64,000 bases of DNA, taken from positions 2,656,001 through 2,720,000 of the forward strand of contig OZ001293.3 in the NCBI GenBank assembly GCA_963921275.4, read 5' to 3'. Shown piece after piece: positions 1 through 11,070 of the stretch; the first letter of the stretch is position 1, and each line of letters begins with the position of its first letter. Made by a program: the position numbers and the translations under genes. Origin of the DNA: an uncultured Hormoscilla sp. (GTDB taxonomy: Bacteria > Cyanobacteriota > Cyanobacteriia > Cyanobacteriales > Desertifilaceae). Below the pieces are notes generated by a model. That model made no database searches. It was given only the letters and a program-made list of their open reading frames with translations, and was not told the DNA's origin.

Positions 1-514
1 TATTGGCCGACAGGTGAAGTTCTCCGATATGTTCGTAGTCCTGGAGTCGGCGCCAGATCTGGGGTGACAGACTACCCTGGCACAGTTGCATATAGATGTG
101 AGAGACATCAACTGCCAGCACCACCCCCATTGCCATTGCCCGAGCAATTTCTTCATCATCACCGAGGCAGTAGCCAGGATACATAGTCTCTAATAATAGA
201 TGGGAGTAGGCTCCTGCTGCCAAATTTTTTCTCCAAACCTCAACCATGCTGTCTGTCAAGCGAGGCGGATGGACTGAGTGGCTGAGTGGCAGACATACTG
301 CGTTTTCGTTCCAAACTTTGCACTTCAGGGCTCGATAGTGAAAGCCGTGGTGAGTTCTACTCTCAACCTGGTAATCTTGCAGCCATTGCCAAAAATTAGG
401 TGTAGGCACGTTCCCAGGAGTTAACTGTAGACCAGCAGCCCCCAATTCTAGCAATTCTTCTGCCGCCCCTTGCATCGGTCGTCCCTGCAAACAACTTAAG
501 GCTAGGTAAAGCAC
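1..514 (-). CDS. Partial hypothetical protein, possibly TIM-barrel (xylose isomerase/DUF692-like); runs off the window
   Basis: Manual translation from GTG at 514 with GGAGG SD: MLYLALSCLQGRPM...LLLETMYPG...LAVDVSH...ELHLS, no stop before base 1. Confidence 0.65.
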   Translation of the reverse strand, partial: MLYLALSCLQGRPMQGAAEELLELGAAGLQLTPGNVPTPNFWQWLQDYQVESRTHHGFHYRALKCKVWNENAVCLPLSHSVHPPRLTDSMVEVWRKNLAAGAYSHLLLETMYPGYCLGDDEEIARAMAMGVVLAVDVSHIYMQLCQGSLSPQIWRRLQDYEHIGELHLSAN

Positions 515-614
515 CGGTTCCACCTCCTGCTAGTCAACGAAGTTGATTCCATCTGATAGAATTATTCTAACATAAACAGGACTGGGGCAACATCGCAGCC
601 CTAAGAAAAAAAAT

Positions 615-643
615 TTGTCAAAGAGACATGAGAAAATTATAAT
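615..643 (+). promoter_or_regulatory. sigma70-type promoter TTGTCA-N17-TATAAT (copy 1)
   Basis: Near-consensus boxes, 17-nt spacer; duplicated at 946-974. Confidence 0.6.
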
Positions 644-655
644 AGGTATTGTGGA

Positions 656-927
656 GTGCCTGTATCCTTGAGCGAGGGTCAAACCGTGCGACTGCGATTG
701 GTGCCGGAAGTTTCGCCTGGGGGACCAAAGACTGAGTTAGACAAGGCATTCCAATTGATGGTTGACCAAGGATGGATGACTCTCCCACCTCACGATCCTA
801 ATATCAAACCAGTTTCCCAAGAAGAGGTATGCGAACTGGCGAAGAGACTAGAGGCAAAACCGGGTAATCTCGGAAATTATCATTGAGGATCGTCGCTAAT
901 GGCAAACGCTTATTTTCTTGATAGTAG
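656..927 (+). pseudogene. Truncated duplicate of the downstream antitoxin plus the first codons of vapC
   Basis: Near-identical to 1075-1351, lacks the antitoxin N-terminus, small deletion causes a frameshift. Confidence 0.85.
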
Positions 928-945
928 CCCGAAGGGAAAAAACAT

Positions 946-974
946 TTGTCAAACGGACCTGAGAGAATTATAAT
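946..974 (+). promoter_or_regulatory. sigma70-type promoter TTGTCA-N17-TATAAT of the TA operon
   Basis: Consensus boxes 40 nt upstream of ATG 1015. Confidence 0.7.
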
Positions 975-1014
975 AAATATTGTGGAGTTGGAGTAAAAGC
1001 ACGGGAGTAATAAT

Positions 1015-1323
1015 ATGGAAAAGATACCAGAAATAATAGTTGCTGTATACGAGAATGGGATGTTGCGCCCGAAAGTGCCTGTATCCTTGAGCGAGGGTCA
1101 AACCGTGCGACTGCGATTGGTGCCCGAAGTTTCGCCTGGGGGACCAAAGACTGAGCTAGACAAGGCATTCCAGTTGATGGTTGACCAAGGATGGATGACT
1201 CTCCCACCTCACGATCCTAATATCAAACCAGTTTCCCAAGAAGAGGTATGCGAACTGGCTAACAGACTGGGGGCAAAACCAGGTAAGCCTCTCTCGGAAA
1301 TTATCATTGAGGATCGTCGCTAA
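1015..1323 (+). CDS. Antitoxin, DUF104/AF2212-like family
   Basis: I.AVYENG.LRP..P..L.EG..V motif; stop overlaps start of PIN gene. Confidence 0.8.
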   Translation: MEKIPEIIVAVYENGMLRPKVPVSLSEGQTVRLRLVPEVSPGGPKTELDKAFQLMVDQGWMTLPPHDPNIKPVSQEEVCELANRLGAKPGKPLSEIIIEDRR

Positions 1324-1790
1324 TGGCAAACGCTTATTTCCTTGATAGCAGCACCTTGGTCAAAAGGTATGTGACTGAAACTGGTAGCGCCTGGGTGCAA
1401 GCGCTTACAGATCCCCAGATGGGCAACTCTATAATTGTAGTCCGCATCACCTGGGTGGAAGTTCTAAGTGCTTTCGATCGCCGTCAACGGGAAGGGAGTC
1501 TAACTGCTACTGAAGTTGTCGAGACTATTGACAAGTTCCGCTCTGAACTAAATAGTCAGTATAGAGTGATAGAAGTTGACCAAGCACTATTTGAAAAAGC
1601 GGGTGAATTGGTTGTTCAATATCCCCTACGTGCTTATGATGCTATGCAACTGGCAGCGGCAATGCGCATTCGCTCGATCGTCACTCTGATGCCAGATACT
1701 CAACTGGTTTTTGTTTCGGCGGACGATCGCCTCCTGAATATTGCCCAGACTGAAGGCTTGGTGACTGATAACCCTAATAATTACCCATAA
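1323..1790 (+). CDS. vapC: PIN-domain (VapC) toxin
   Basis: YFLDSSTLVKRY..E, LRAYDA.QLA, FVSAD motifs. Confidence 0.9.
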   Translation: MANAYFLDSSTLVKRYVTETGSAWVQALTDPQMGNSIIVVRITWVEVLSAFDRRQREGSLTATEVVETIDKFRSELNSQYRVIEVDQALFEKAGELVVQYPLRAYDAMQLAAAMRIRSIVTLMPDTQLVFVSADDRLLNIAQTEGLVTDNPNNYP

Positions 1791-2167
1791 GGGGGCGAGG
1801 GCGATCGGGGGGTATAAGGGGGCGAGGGCGATCGGGGAGTGCATTCCCAAATTAAGAAACCCCAAAATTAAGAAACCCGGTTGGCAACCAGCCAGCACAA
1901 TCAAATTTGTCTGTACGCCGGTTACAGCCGATCGTCTTCTGACAATTCTGTCAACTTTCTACGGTACTCAAATATGCCGATCGAAAGCTGTTTTTTTCCA
2001 CCGTTCCGGAAAAATCGGTAGCCTCTCCGTACCGGCGACGGGCTCTATTGCGAATCCCAACCGGAACAGCACAACCGATCGCGCAACTGGCGATTGCCGC
2101 GACTTTTTCTATTGGGCCGTCATCTACTGAAAAATGGCTGATTCTGGTAAATTATTAGGTTATTGCT

Positions 2168-2770
2168 ATGTATGCTGTTGTTTCCCGTGAAAAAATTAAA
2201 TTACCCCCAGGAACCGTGATGCAAATGCCCAGAACCTGGCAAGACTACTGTACCCTCCGCGATAGTCGGGGGGATGGATCTATTCCCCGCATTAAGTTTC
2301 GTAATGGTAAAATTCTGCTGATGAGTCCTTTACCTATACACGGGCGCGAAGCCAACATTCTGGCGGACGTTGTCAAGGCACTGCTAGATAGTGAAGCCCG
2401 CAGCTACGAAGCCTTTACCCCCATCACAATGAACATTCCTAAAGCAGGGGGGATCTCCCCAGACTACTGTTTCTACATCGACAACTGGCCTGCTGCCGTC
2501 GGCAAAGATCGGATCGACTGGCAAGCAGATCCGCCGCCCGATCTGGTCATCGAAATTGATGTCACTACCTATACCGCAGCTGAAGACTATGGGCCTTATC
2601 AAGTGCCAGAAGTCTGGTTATTCAAAAAGAGTGGGCTCAAGATTTACAGCTTGCAAGGGGAATCTTATCAACAGCAAACCTGGAGCCGCTATTTCCCAGA
2701 AATTGACTTGCCAACCCTCATCGGGAATGTCCTTCAGGCGGCATCAACGCAAGCGATCAGGTACGAATGA
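2168..2770 (+). CDS. Uma2 (DUF820) family endonuclease-fold protein
   Basis: MSPLP.H, PD.CFY, PPPDLVIEID, VPEVW. Confidence 0.85.
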   Translation: MYAVVSREKIKLPPGTVMQMPRTWQDYCTLRDSRGDGSIPRIKFRNGKILLMSPLPIHGREANILADVVKALLDSEARSYEAFTPITMNIPKAGGISPDYCFYIDNWPAAVGKDRIDWQADPPPDLVIEIDVTTYTAAEDYGPYQVPEVWLFKKSGLKIYSLQGESYQQQTWSRYFPEIDLPTLIGNVLQAASTQAIRYE

Positions 2771-2982
2771 GTTACTGCTATGATATGCTATTGAGCGATC
2801 TCCCCCAGCTATTCCCCACCCAAGATTGCGCTGGTGCTACCACTGCACGAGCGATCTGCTGGTGGCCAGAGGCCAAGACCGGGTTTCTTTTACCAACCCG
2901 ATGGCTTATGCAACAGTTATGAAAGAAACCCGGTTTCTTGTCGCGCATAGGAATCTGCCCGAAATTGCGGGCTAACGTAGAA

Positions 2983-3273
2983 TTAGACCCGATCGATCCA
3001 GTAATTTGGCTCTCTATGGCCGTGAGCAACAGCGATGATGAACAACACATCTCCAACAACTGCATAAATGAGTTTGTATGGAAATCCCTTAATCGCAAAC
3101 CGCCGGATTGAGGGTCGCTCTTCCATTCCTAGATTTGGGTATTTTGAGAGAATACTTAAGGCAGCCTCGATCTCGCCACGAAACTTTTCACCGAGACCCG
3201 GAGCCCGATCCTCGTAGTAATCAATTGCTTCTTGATATTCTTTGGCCGCCAGTGGATCGAAGATTTGATTCAT
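2983..3273 (-). CDS. RelE/ParE family toxin
   Basis: A.DYYE...PGLG..F, FPY.LIY, IIAVAH..R.P.YW. Confidence 0.9.
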   Translation of the reverse strand: MNQIFDPLAAKEYQEAIDYYEDRAPGLGEKFRGEIEAALSILSKYPNLGMEERPSIRRFAIKGFPYKLIYAVVGDVLFIIAVAHGHREPNYWIDRV

Positions 3274-3476
3274 AAATTTCCACCCAGTACATCTCTTGCT
3301 GGAATTCCTTTAGTCCTACCAGCCTTAAATGCCTCAAGTCGCTTCTGGGCTTCATCAAGCCAGATATTGTCAATTTGACTGTCTGGTCGATCGAGACTCA
3401 TCACGATGACATCTAGCAGCTTAGCCCTCTCATTGGGCGGCAGTTCCAAAACACTGTCAACAAGCGCCTTATCCAT
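3270..3476 (-). CDS. Addiction-module antitoxin
   Basis: L.L...ERA.L...SLD, W..EA..R; 4-nt overlap with toxin. Confidence 0.85.
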   Translation of the reverse strand: MDKALVDSVLELPPNERAKLLDVIVMSLDRPDSQIDNIWLDEAQKRLEAFKAGRTKGIPARDVLGGNL

Positions 3477-3842
3477 CTCTAACTCCTAAAACTTAATCAA
3501 TTATACCGACATCAGCAGAACGATGCAACTTACTTCGAGCGACCGCTGGCATGTAGTTGCACATCAAAGTCGATCGCCTCATCGCCGCAGCCTTCGATCG
3601 CGCCAGCCAAGGATATTTTAGCACGGCGGGCGTGAAGATTCCCGCCGTCCCCATTATCAACAGCATTGACAACAGTAACCTCGCAAAGGAGAGTGCTGTT
3701 ACTGTAGAGGCGATCGGCTACACTGGGATGAGCTGCTGCTATGATATGCTAGTGAGCGATCGCCCCCTGCTATTCCCCACATTAGATTACACCGGCGCTA
3801 TCACCGCACAGGCGATCGAGGAAGAAGCAGGGGAGGCGACCT

Positions 3843-4202
3843 TCAACCAACTCCAAATTGCGAGGTAGGTTTGCTTGAGTTTCTGCATAAGAGCAAATCT
3901 TCAACATTTTGGAAGCGCTGTCGCAATTTGGTTAATATAGCTTCATCCCTGCTTTCTACATCGTAAGCGCTGCTATCTACGGCACGAACGATTATACTCG
4001 GATCCGATCCCTTGTCCGGGTAGCATGTGAAAGTGCCGTCCGTAATTTTGGTAATGTTAGTAGCTATCTGTAATAGGATTTCTCCAGAGACTCTGGTTTC
4101 GGTATTGGCTATTTGATAGAGGCATTCCCTCTTGCTTCCCAAAACATTCAAGGTCCGAGATTCCCCAATAAATTTCTGTATCGTACCACACAAAATTTCC
4201 AT
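3843..4202 (-). CDS. Hypothetical protein
   Basis: 119-aa ORF with ATG start, no recognised motif. Confidence 0.5.
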   Translation of the reverse strand: MEILCGTIQKFIGESRTLNVLGSKRECLYQIANTETRVSGEILLQIATNITKITDGTFTCYPDKGSDPSIIVRAVDSSAYDVESRDEAILTKLRQRFQNVEDLLLCRNSSKPTSQFGVG

Positions 4203-4379
4203 AAATAGACGAGGCTGTTAACAGACTTGTTGGCAGTGTTTCTGACGATGATTAACAGACGGGTGTGGTCAAAACCAACTGGTGCAAGACCACACCCGAA
4301 AAGCTGGATGGTACATAAACAGTCCGGGCTGATAAAAGCTGATAAAAGCCTTTCCCACGTAGAACAATCTTTTCGTTGC

Positions 4380-6323
4380 CTAGCTTTTCAGAAAACGCAT
4401 TTTAGGGACACCCTCAATCATTTCTAGAGCAAATTTAGCCGGTGACAGATCCTCCGAAGCATTTAATGCCTGTTTCAGGTAGTCGGCTAGGGTTTTGATA
4501 TTAATGGTGCGCGAGGTCTGGTCGCGGAAAGGCACGCGAACCCACTCCCTGGTGACATTTGTTCCCGTATCTGTTGCACAAGGAGTTTCCGGTTGCACCT
4601 GATGGGGATTGCCGTTTTCATCCCGAAGTGCTTTATAATAACAAGGAGCCTGGATATTCAGGTCTTTGTCAATGCCTTGGTAGGTTACTCCGAAGTCTCT
4701 TATCGGCTGGAGCATGCACCATAAACGGCAGCTTATCGGGGGAGCCAGAAGGCTTCCAATCGTATCCGGCAATCTCCATATGAGGCCAACCCGCAACCAC
4801 CGGCGATCGCAACAAGAATCCGCTCAAATCCTTTGGGGGTTTGGGATCTCTTGAAACAGTTCGGTTTCCAGCCGTCCGTTACCTCCAGTAACTCTGCCAA
4901 TACTAAAGGCCCCATGCATCAGATATTGTAACCAGGTTCGATCGACAGTGAAAAAGCGCAGGGAATCCTTGGGCAGCAAGCGCTCGTCAGGAACCAGATA
5001 GTTGAACGGGACATGCTCGAGTCGTTCCACTTCGGCAAACCAATTAGACACCACCTCTGGCACTGGGAGAGATTCAGTAGGTTTGCTGAGGTGCAGATGG
5101 GCGGGATTATTGGTTTTACTAGCCTGAGCATTAGCTCGTTTCCAGTTGAACAGGGCAAGGGAAACCCGCTTGTTGCGCAACATTAGCAGCCGCCCCAGTT
5201 CCCAGGCAGCAGCGTAGCTGACATCAAACATACCATAGGTCGAGAAAAATCGCACCAATTGGTCGGCGGATTGAATAATATCATTAGAAATAGTTACTGG
5301 CGAGCTGGGTCCCGGTAATAGCGGACTGCGATACCACGAGACCATGCGATTCCCCTGGCGCGTCTGATGATTCAAGGGCACATAGCCCTTGTCATAGAAT
5401 TTATCTACATTGCTTTTGTTAGTGTGAGGTAGCCGCAACACGCTCCCGGTTGTTTGGCTTTCGTTCGCGTCAGCATCCTCCAACAGCTCCACAAATGACT
5501 CCCGGGCGTCAACGGAGGCGAAGCGCCAACTCGTTAACGTGACAAAACGGTAAACAACTGGGTCAGGGTCGGGGTTATTATTGGGGTTGTACTGTCCTAT
5601 GCGATCGTAGACATCCCTGCGGTTTTCCAGAGAGATCAGGAAGACGGTATTTTCATCCCCTGGCTGGGGCAGGCGATTGCAGATCAGGATCGGGTATTTG
5701 GGATTGGGCGTGCCGTTTGAGTTGGAATCAGCTGACTGGCGAACGTGGGCTAGCAGGGGTAACTCCTCTTCCTGTGGTAAAATCTTATGCAGTAAAGGCT
5801 CTGGCACGTCAATGTAGCTAATGCGATCTTGGTTGGTTTCCCCCGGTTCGAGGTCAATTGAAGTGGGAAAGACCAGGTTTGAATTTGAAGCGGTATTGAG
5901 AATATTCTGAAGGGTATCGGTCTGGACGGCGAGCAATTTCTTATTTGTAGTCCGTTGCTGCCAGTCATTAATCTCCTGCCGGGTAACCAGAATTAGAGCC
6001 AACCAGGGGGTAGTATTATTGCCGTTCAGCAAGCGCTCCCAGGGCAGAATGGAGCGGGCAAACATAATGTGAGGCAGTACGCTGTAATAGCGACCTGTGG
6101 TTTTATCTGGCGGAAAAACACTGGCAATCTCTTTCGGTTCGAGGCTAAAACGCGGTCCCAGGACGGCAAAATGCTTGCTGAAAGGGTCGATCTGAGCCTG
6201 AGGGTCACTAGCGCCCGCCTGAAATTTATGCGTCACTTCTAACTTGTAGAGACCGTCCTTTAAGGCAGGTTGGTCGTAGGAAAGAAGCTTTATACTGCCC
6301 TTAGGCTTACCGCTGCTTGTCAT
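4380..6323 (-). pseudogene. Conserved hypothetical gene usually adjacent to DUF6603 genes, frameshifted near 4830
   Basis: GPRFSL, LPH....LPWER, DVSYAAAWELGRLL, VPFNYLVPD; SGFLLRSPVVAGWP continues in another frame. Confidence 0.65.
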
Positions 6324-6327
6324 GGTC

Positions 6328-9300
6328 TTAGTCCTCCAATGTGCCATACTGCGGTACAAAGAATGTATCGCGGTTGAGGGGTTGGTTGTAATTCAATTTA
6401 CTGGGGTCAAAGCCCATTGCTTGCAGTAGCACGCCGCGATCGCTTTTTTTGTCGAATATGCGATCTGTAATATCTGTCCATTTGTCTTTATCTTCGTCGC
6501 GGCTAAAAGTGCCAGTGCTACTGACCCAGGTATATGCTTTGGGTTCAGTGGACGGTTCGTAAGCGAGGGCCTCACGACTGGCTACGATCGCCTGGGAATC
6601 TTCATTCGACGACTTGTCAGGCACAATCTCAAAGCCAGAAAGGGTGCGAACCAGTTTCTGGTCTGGCGGCGGATTCAGCTCCCGCTCCATCTGGTTGCCC
6701 CACAGCGCACCTGGATAGTCTTTATCAATCTTCTTGAGGATCCAGGTTTTCTGTTTTTTCTGTTGGCGAACCGCTATTACCATCATGGTTGACACGGGAA
6801 ATCGCGATCGCATGGTCAGAATGATCCACGGTGCTGACATTCATAGGGGCAACACCAGCGACCTTAAAAGTCCCTGGGTCATAAGTCTGAGCTTGATCGT
6901 CCAGTGTAAAGGTAACAGATTTCACCGGGAAGTAGGAGTCGGTGGAAATGCGAAGTCGATCCCGCTTGACCATCCACACTTCGCCGTATTGGCCGTCTTG
7001 TACGGTGCGAATGAGACTGTCGTTAATCGAAGCACTCAGACGCTTATCCGCCGCAGGCAGGAAGGAACTCTGAAACTCCGACCAGGGTATTGCTTGTGGT
7101 GGGGAGCTAGATGCACCGAAATCAATGCTGAAATGGAAGTGAATGCCAATCACTTTAACGGTAACCCGGGCATGACCGCCAAACTCCGGCCCCCACACAT
7201 GGAGATCGGCACTGGCATCGATGGAAATATGATGGGTACCAAAGAAGTGGATGGTTAGCTCTGCACCTAGGTCTACATACAGTTCGGCGTCATAGTGGAA
7301 AGGCTTCCAGCCAATCAGGAAATTGGCACCCAGAATGAACCAGGCTTTCACATCACCGCTCTGCCAGATCGCACTGTACGAGCCACCAGCCATCAAAGCA
7401 TGGGGAACCAGGGCAAAATAGCCGCCCCCTTTAACGTGGAGGTAACTGCTAATCGCCCAACTGTAACCGACCCGTGGCACTTGGGGGTAATAAGCAGGGG
7501 ACTTGAAATCAGGATGGTAGCCGCCGATGGTCACCACAAAGTCCCCCGCATGAGGACCGCTCGCCCAAACGGCGAACGCAAAACCCCCGGTGAGATGACA
7601 GTCGCGAGATAAGATGAATGAGGCTGGGGTGAGTTGCCCTTGGACGAGGATAATGCCTTCATCCGGGATAATAACGGCTTTGAAAGCCAATTGGGCTTCG
7701 GCCAGGGGCGACGTCGGCGTATCTGGCGGCAATAGCACCGTCGAGAGACCCAGTAAATCCACCTCAAAGTGCTTGCCAAACTGCACCGTCGCCAGCAGGA
7801 AGCTATCCAGCAGTTCAAAGGAGGTGAAGCGAATGCCAACTGTTAGGAAATACTCGCCCACCGCTGGCGGGATGTATCGATCCATCAGCGTTAGTTTGTC
7901 GCTGATGTAGCTTTTGATCTGACCCATATCCGTCGGTGGGGGAGTCGGCGAGGGATTGACTGCCGCCGCAACCAGTGGGAATTGCTGCACCTGGTTGATG
8001 GGCGGCATCAGCAACCGCCGATTGTAGCCAAAGCCTGCCGCCAGACCCATGACGACGAAGAACGGGGGGCCGCCGAGGGGGTAGTCCAGCACGGCATAGA
8101 TAAACAGGGATTTTTCGCCGCTGCGCAGTTCCGCAAAGGAGCCGATGGCCCTGAGTTCCAGTTCCTCAGCCCGAATGGTGACAAAGCCGTCAAATTCGGT
8201 CATCTCGTCGGTGCTGAGCTTGAGCAATCCGCCCCCGATTTCTACTGGCCCTTCCTTAAAGTCTAGGCCCAGGCCATCCAGACCGAAGTGGGGTTCAAAT
8301 TTGTGGATTCCAGTTAAGGCAACCCCCACGTTCAGGCCCAGTACGCTACAGGTTAACCCCAGAACTGACAGGGAGCCGTCGAGATAGGCCGTGAGTTTCC
8401 CCTCTTTGTAAGCAAAACCAACCCGTTCTAGTTTCAGCGGCCCGAACGAGCGCTTGAGGGCGAACCATTTAGTGCCGTCATTCTGGGTTGTCTGGGGGTT
8501 ACCGCCTGGATTGAAGGTCCCGTTAGAATCCTGAGTCAGGGTGCCGTTATCGCTGACTTTGAGGGGCAAACCCATATCGATCGCTTTTTCATTCCCCACG
8601 CGCAGGGAGGTGGAGATGTCTGGACTCCCGGCAGTAATCTTCGTCTCCGGAAAACGGACATCGTTGAGGTTAAAGTCCTGGTTCAGCTGCTGTAATTCAG
8701 CTTGGGTAAAGTCGCCCCCCATCCCATAGACAATCTGCAAAGCCAGGGTCAGGGATTCAGCCGCCGCCAGTTCCTCACCGATCAAGGGCAGGTCTCCTAA
8801 ACCGGAAAGCTGAATTCCCGCATCCATGTCAATGGCAAAGAGGGACTTGGTTGTTGTATCGTCCTTGCTGCGAGCAAAGAGTGCCTTACGCACGTTAATA
8901 TTGAACTCTTGCCCAAAATCGGCATTATGGTCGATCGCCTGTAGCAGGGTAACCAGATTAAATCCCTTGCTGCTTTTGTCTTCATAGTAAGCGATAAATT
9001 CGTTAGCCCCTGCTTCCGCTTTCAGTTCGAGGTCGAATATCAGTTGATTTTGCTCGTCCCCGGGATGGAGAATGAGCTTACCCGAAACATCTTTTTCATA
9101 GCCACCCTTGACTTGGTGCAGCAGATCGATCTGAATGTGCAGCAGCGCTGCTGAACCGAAGTCGAGATAGACCGTAAAACCATAGTGTTGAGAAGAACTA
9201 TCATAATAGCCACTCAGCCCCTTCAGTTCCAAGTCAGCGATACTGGTGGGCAGAGTAATATCTAGACTCGTTATTGAGTTGATGTAGGCCATCAGATGAG

Positions 9301-9570
9301 TAGTCCAGCCAGATTGGGTATGATTGGCTGTCCCATCGAAGCGCTAGTGAACTCCGCCGCCTTCCGTGTGAAAACGGATGAAAATCGTGTCTAGGGGAAT
9401 ATTGCCGCCAGCAAACCCACCTTTTTCTTTCAGACCCATAAACAGGTCAAGGCTGGAAGACTGGGTCGCAGATGTGGTGTAGTTGAGGTAAAAGCCCGTA
9501 ACATCAATATGAGTGAAATCATTTAGGAAACTGTTGTGGGAATCAACTCCCAGATCCCGTGCTAGGTCAG
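6328..9570 (-). pseudogene. DUF6603-domain large protein, 5'-truncated and broken (main ORF 6725-9292, tail 6328-6840)
   Basis: GGPPFFVV.GLAAGFGYNR.L, GDFVVTIGGYHP.F, W.PFHYDA motifs; frameshift near 6740; coding-like DNA continues upstream of 9292. Confidence 0.7.
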
Positions 9571-9607
9571 TTGGTTAAGCTGGGACATCGGTTGTCTTTC
9601 TTATTTA

Positions 9608-10619
9608 ACCTAAGTTGCGACCTATTAAAAAAAATATGAATTACCCACTTAGACTTTACAGATATTTGGGATATTTCGTAGCTTTTGATACAAAATTATA
9701 TTTTTTTTGTGCTATACGGCGGGTTGGCTGTTTATAGGTTATAATGTACTAAAATAATAGTTAATTGCTGGGGGATGTAGATGATGGAAGATATGATTAC
9801 AACAATTTTTGTTCTTTGTGACGAGCTACTAAAAGCGTTAAATATAAAAGAAGATCCACAAGTAAAAATGAACAATGCCGAAGTGATGACAGTCGGATTA
9901 GTTGCTGCATATTTTTTCGGAGGACACCACGATCGCTCTTGTCAATTTATGGTCGAACACAAGTATATAAAAAATATGTTAAGTAAAAGTAGGTTCAATC
10001 GTCGATTACACAATATTGACGAACCAATTTGGATGTTTTTCTTCCAAGTTATAGCTCAAACATTTAAAGAGCTCAATCCGGGTCAAGAATATATTCTTGA
10101 TAGTTTCCCGGTGCCAGTATGTGATAATATTAGGATTGATAGATGCCAAATTTATAACAAGGAAGAATATCGAGGGTATATTGCCAGTAAAAAACGTTAT
10201 TTTTATGGATTAAGAGTTCATATGTTGGTAAACAAAAATGGAAAGCCAATAGAATTTTATCTAGATCCTGGTAGTTATAATGATGTTAAAGTTTTGCAAT
10301 CTTTTGGCTTTGACTTACCATCAAATTCAATAGTTTATGGAGATAAAGCTTATAATGATTATCAATTAGAGGATTTACTAAAAGAGTCGTCAAGTATAAT
10401 GTTAAAACCTTTGCGAAAAAAGAACTCAAAAAGAAAAGAATCTTCTTGTTTTGAATATATACAAAAAGTAACAAGAAAACAAGTTGAAACCTGTTTTAGT
10501 CGAATCACCAATTTGTTTCCCAAGTCAATTCATGCTGTTACATCTAAGGGATTAGAGTTGAAAATAATTCTCTTTATCATAGCTTTTTGTATCCAATTTT
10601 TATAGGTCGCAACTTGAGT
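9608..10619 (+). mobile_element. IS982-family insertion sequence
   Basis: TIR ACCTAAGTTGCGACCTA / TAGGTCGCAACTTGAGT; TATTTA direct repeat at 9602-9607 and 10620-10625; low GC. Confidence 0.85.
9781..10605 (+). CDS. IS982-family DDE transposase
   Basis: SRFNRR, ILDSFPVPVC, YFYGLRVH, GDKAY, RKQVET.FS. Confidence 0.9.
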   Translation: MMEDMITTIFVLCDELLKALNIKEDPQVKMNNAEVMTVGLVAAYFFGGHHDRSCQFMVEHKYIKNMLSKSRFNRRLHNIDEPIWMFFFQVIAQTFKELNPGQEYILDSFPVPVCDNIRIDRCQIYNKEEYRGYIASKKRYFYGLRVHMLVNKNGKPIEFYLDPGSYNDVKVLQSFGFDLPSNSIVYGDKAYNDYQLEDLLKESSSIMLKPLRKKNSKRKESSCFEYIQKVTRKQVETCFSRITNLFPKSIHAVTSKGLELKIILFIIAFCIQFL

Positions 10620-10724
10620 TATTTATTTAACAAATAATCCTTCAGTGCGGGGACAGTAGATAGCAATTTATTGCCGGTACCAAGTCCTCGGCGTTACTCA
10701 ATTGCGGTTCAAACCCCTGACAGG

Positions 10725-11070
10725 GGGAGGTGGCAATCACAACCTGACTACCGGCATTAGGGACAAGTCGTCCTCGCACGCGATGGACCGTCTTCGCCCA
10801 AGTTGGTAGCCTCTTTTCGTTACACTCCCCCAATATAGCAAAGCCCATTTTTAAATGTCAAGCCCCCTCGAGCCAGATTTTATCCACCTTGGCGAAAAAA
10901 TAAACCTTTTTAGGGAGGTGGCAATCACAACCTGACTACCGGCATTAGGGACAAGTCGTCCTAGCACGCGGCTGCAATCCCCGTAGGCTGGAAGCCTGGC
11001 ATCATGGACCCTCTTCGCCTCAGTTGCTAGCCTCTTTTCGTTACACTCCCCCAATATAGCAAAGCCCATT
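10725..11070 (-). repeat. Diverged duplicate non-coding unit (10725-10849 and 10913-11070) with sigma70-like promoter boxes
   Basis: Shared GGGAGGTGGCAATCACAACCTGACTACCGGCATTAGGGACAAGTCGTCCT and AGCCTCTTTTCGTTACACTCCCCCAATATAGC blocks. Confidence 0.8.
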
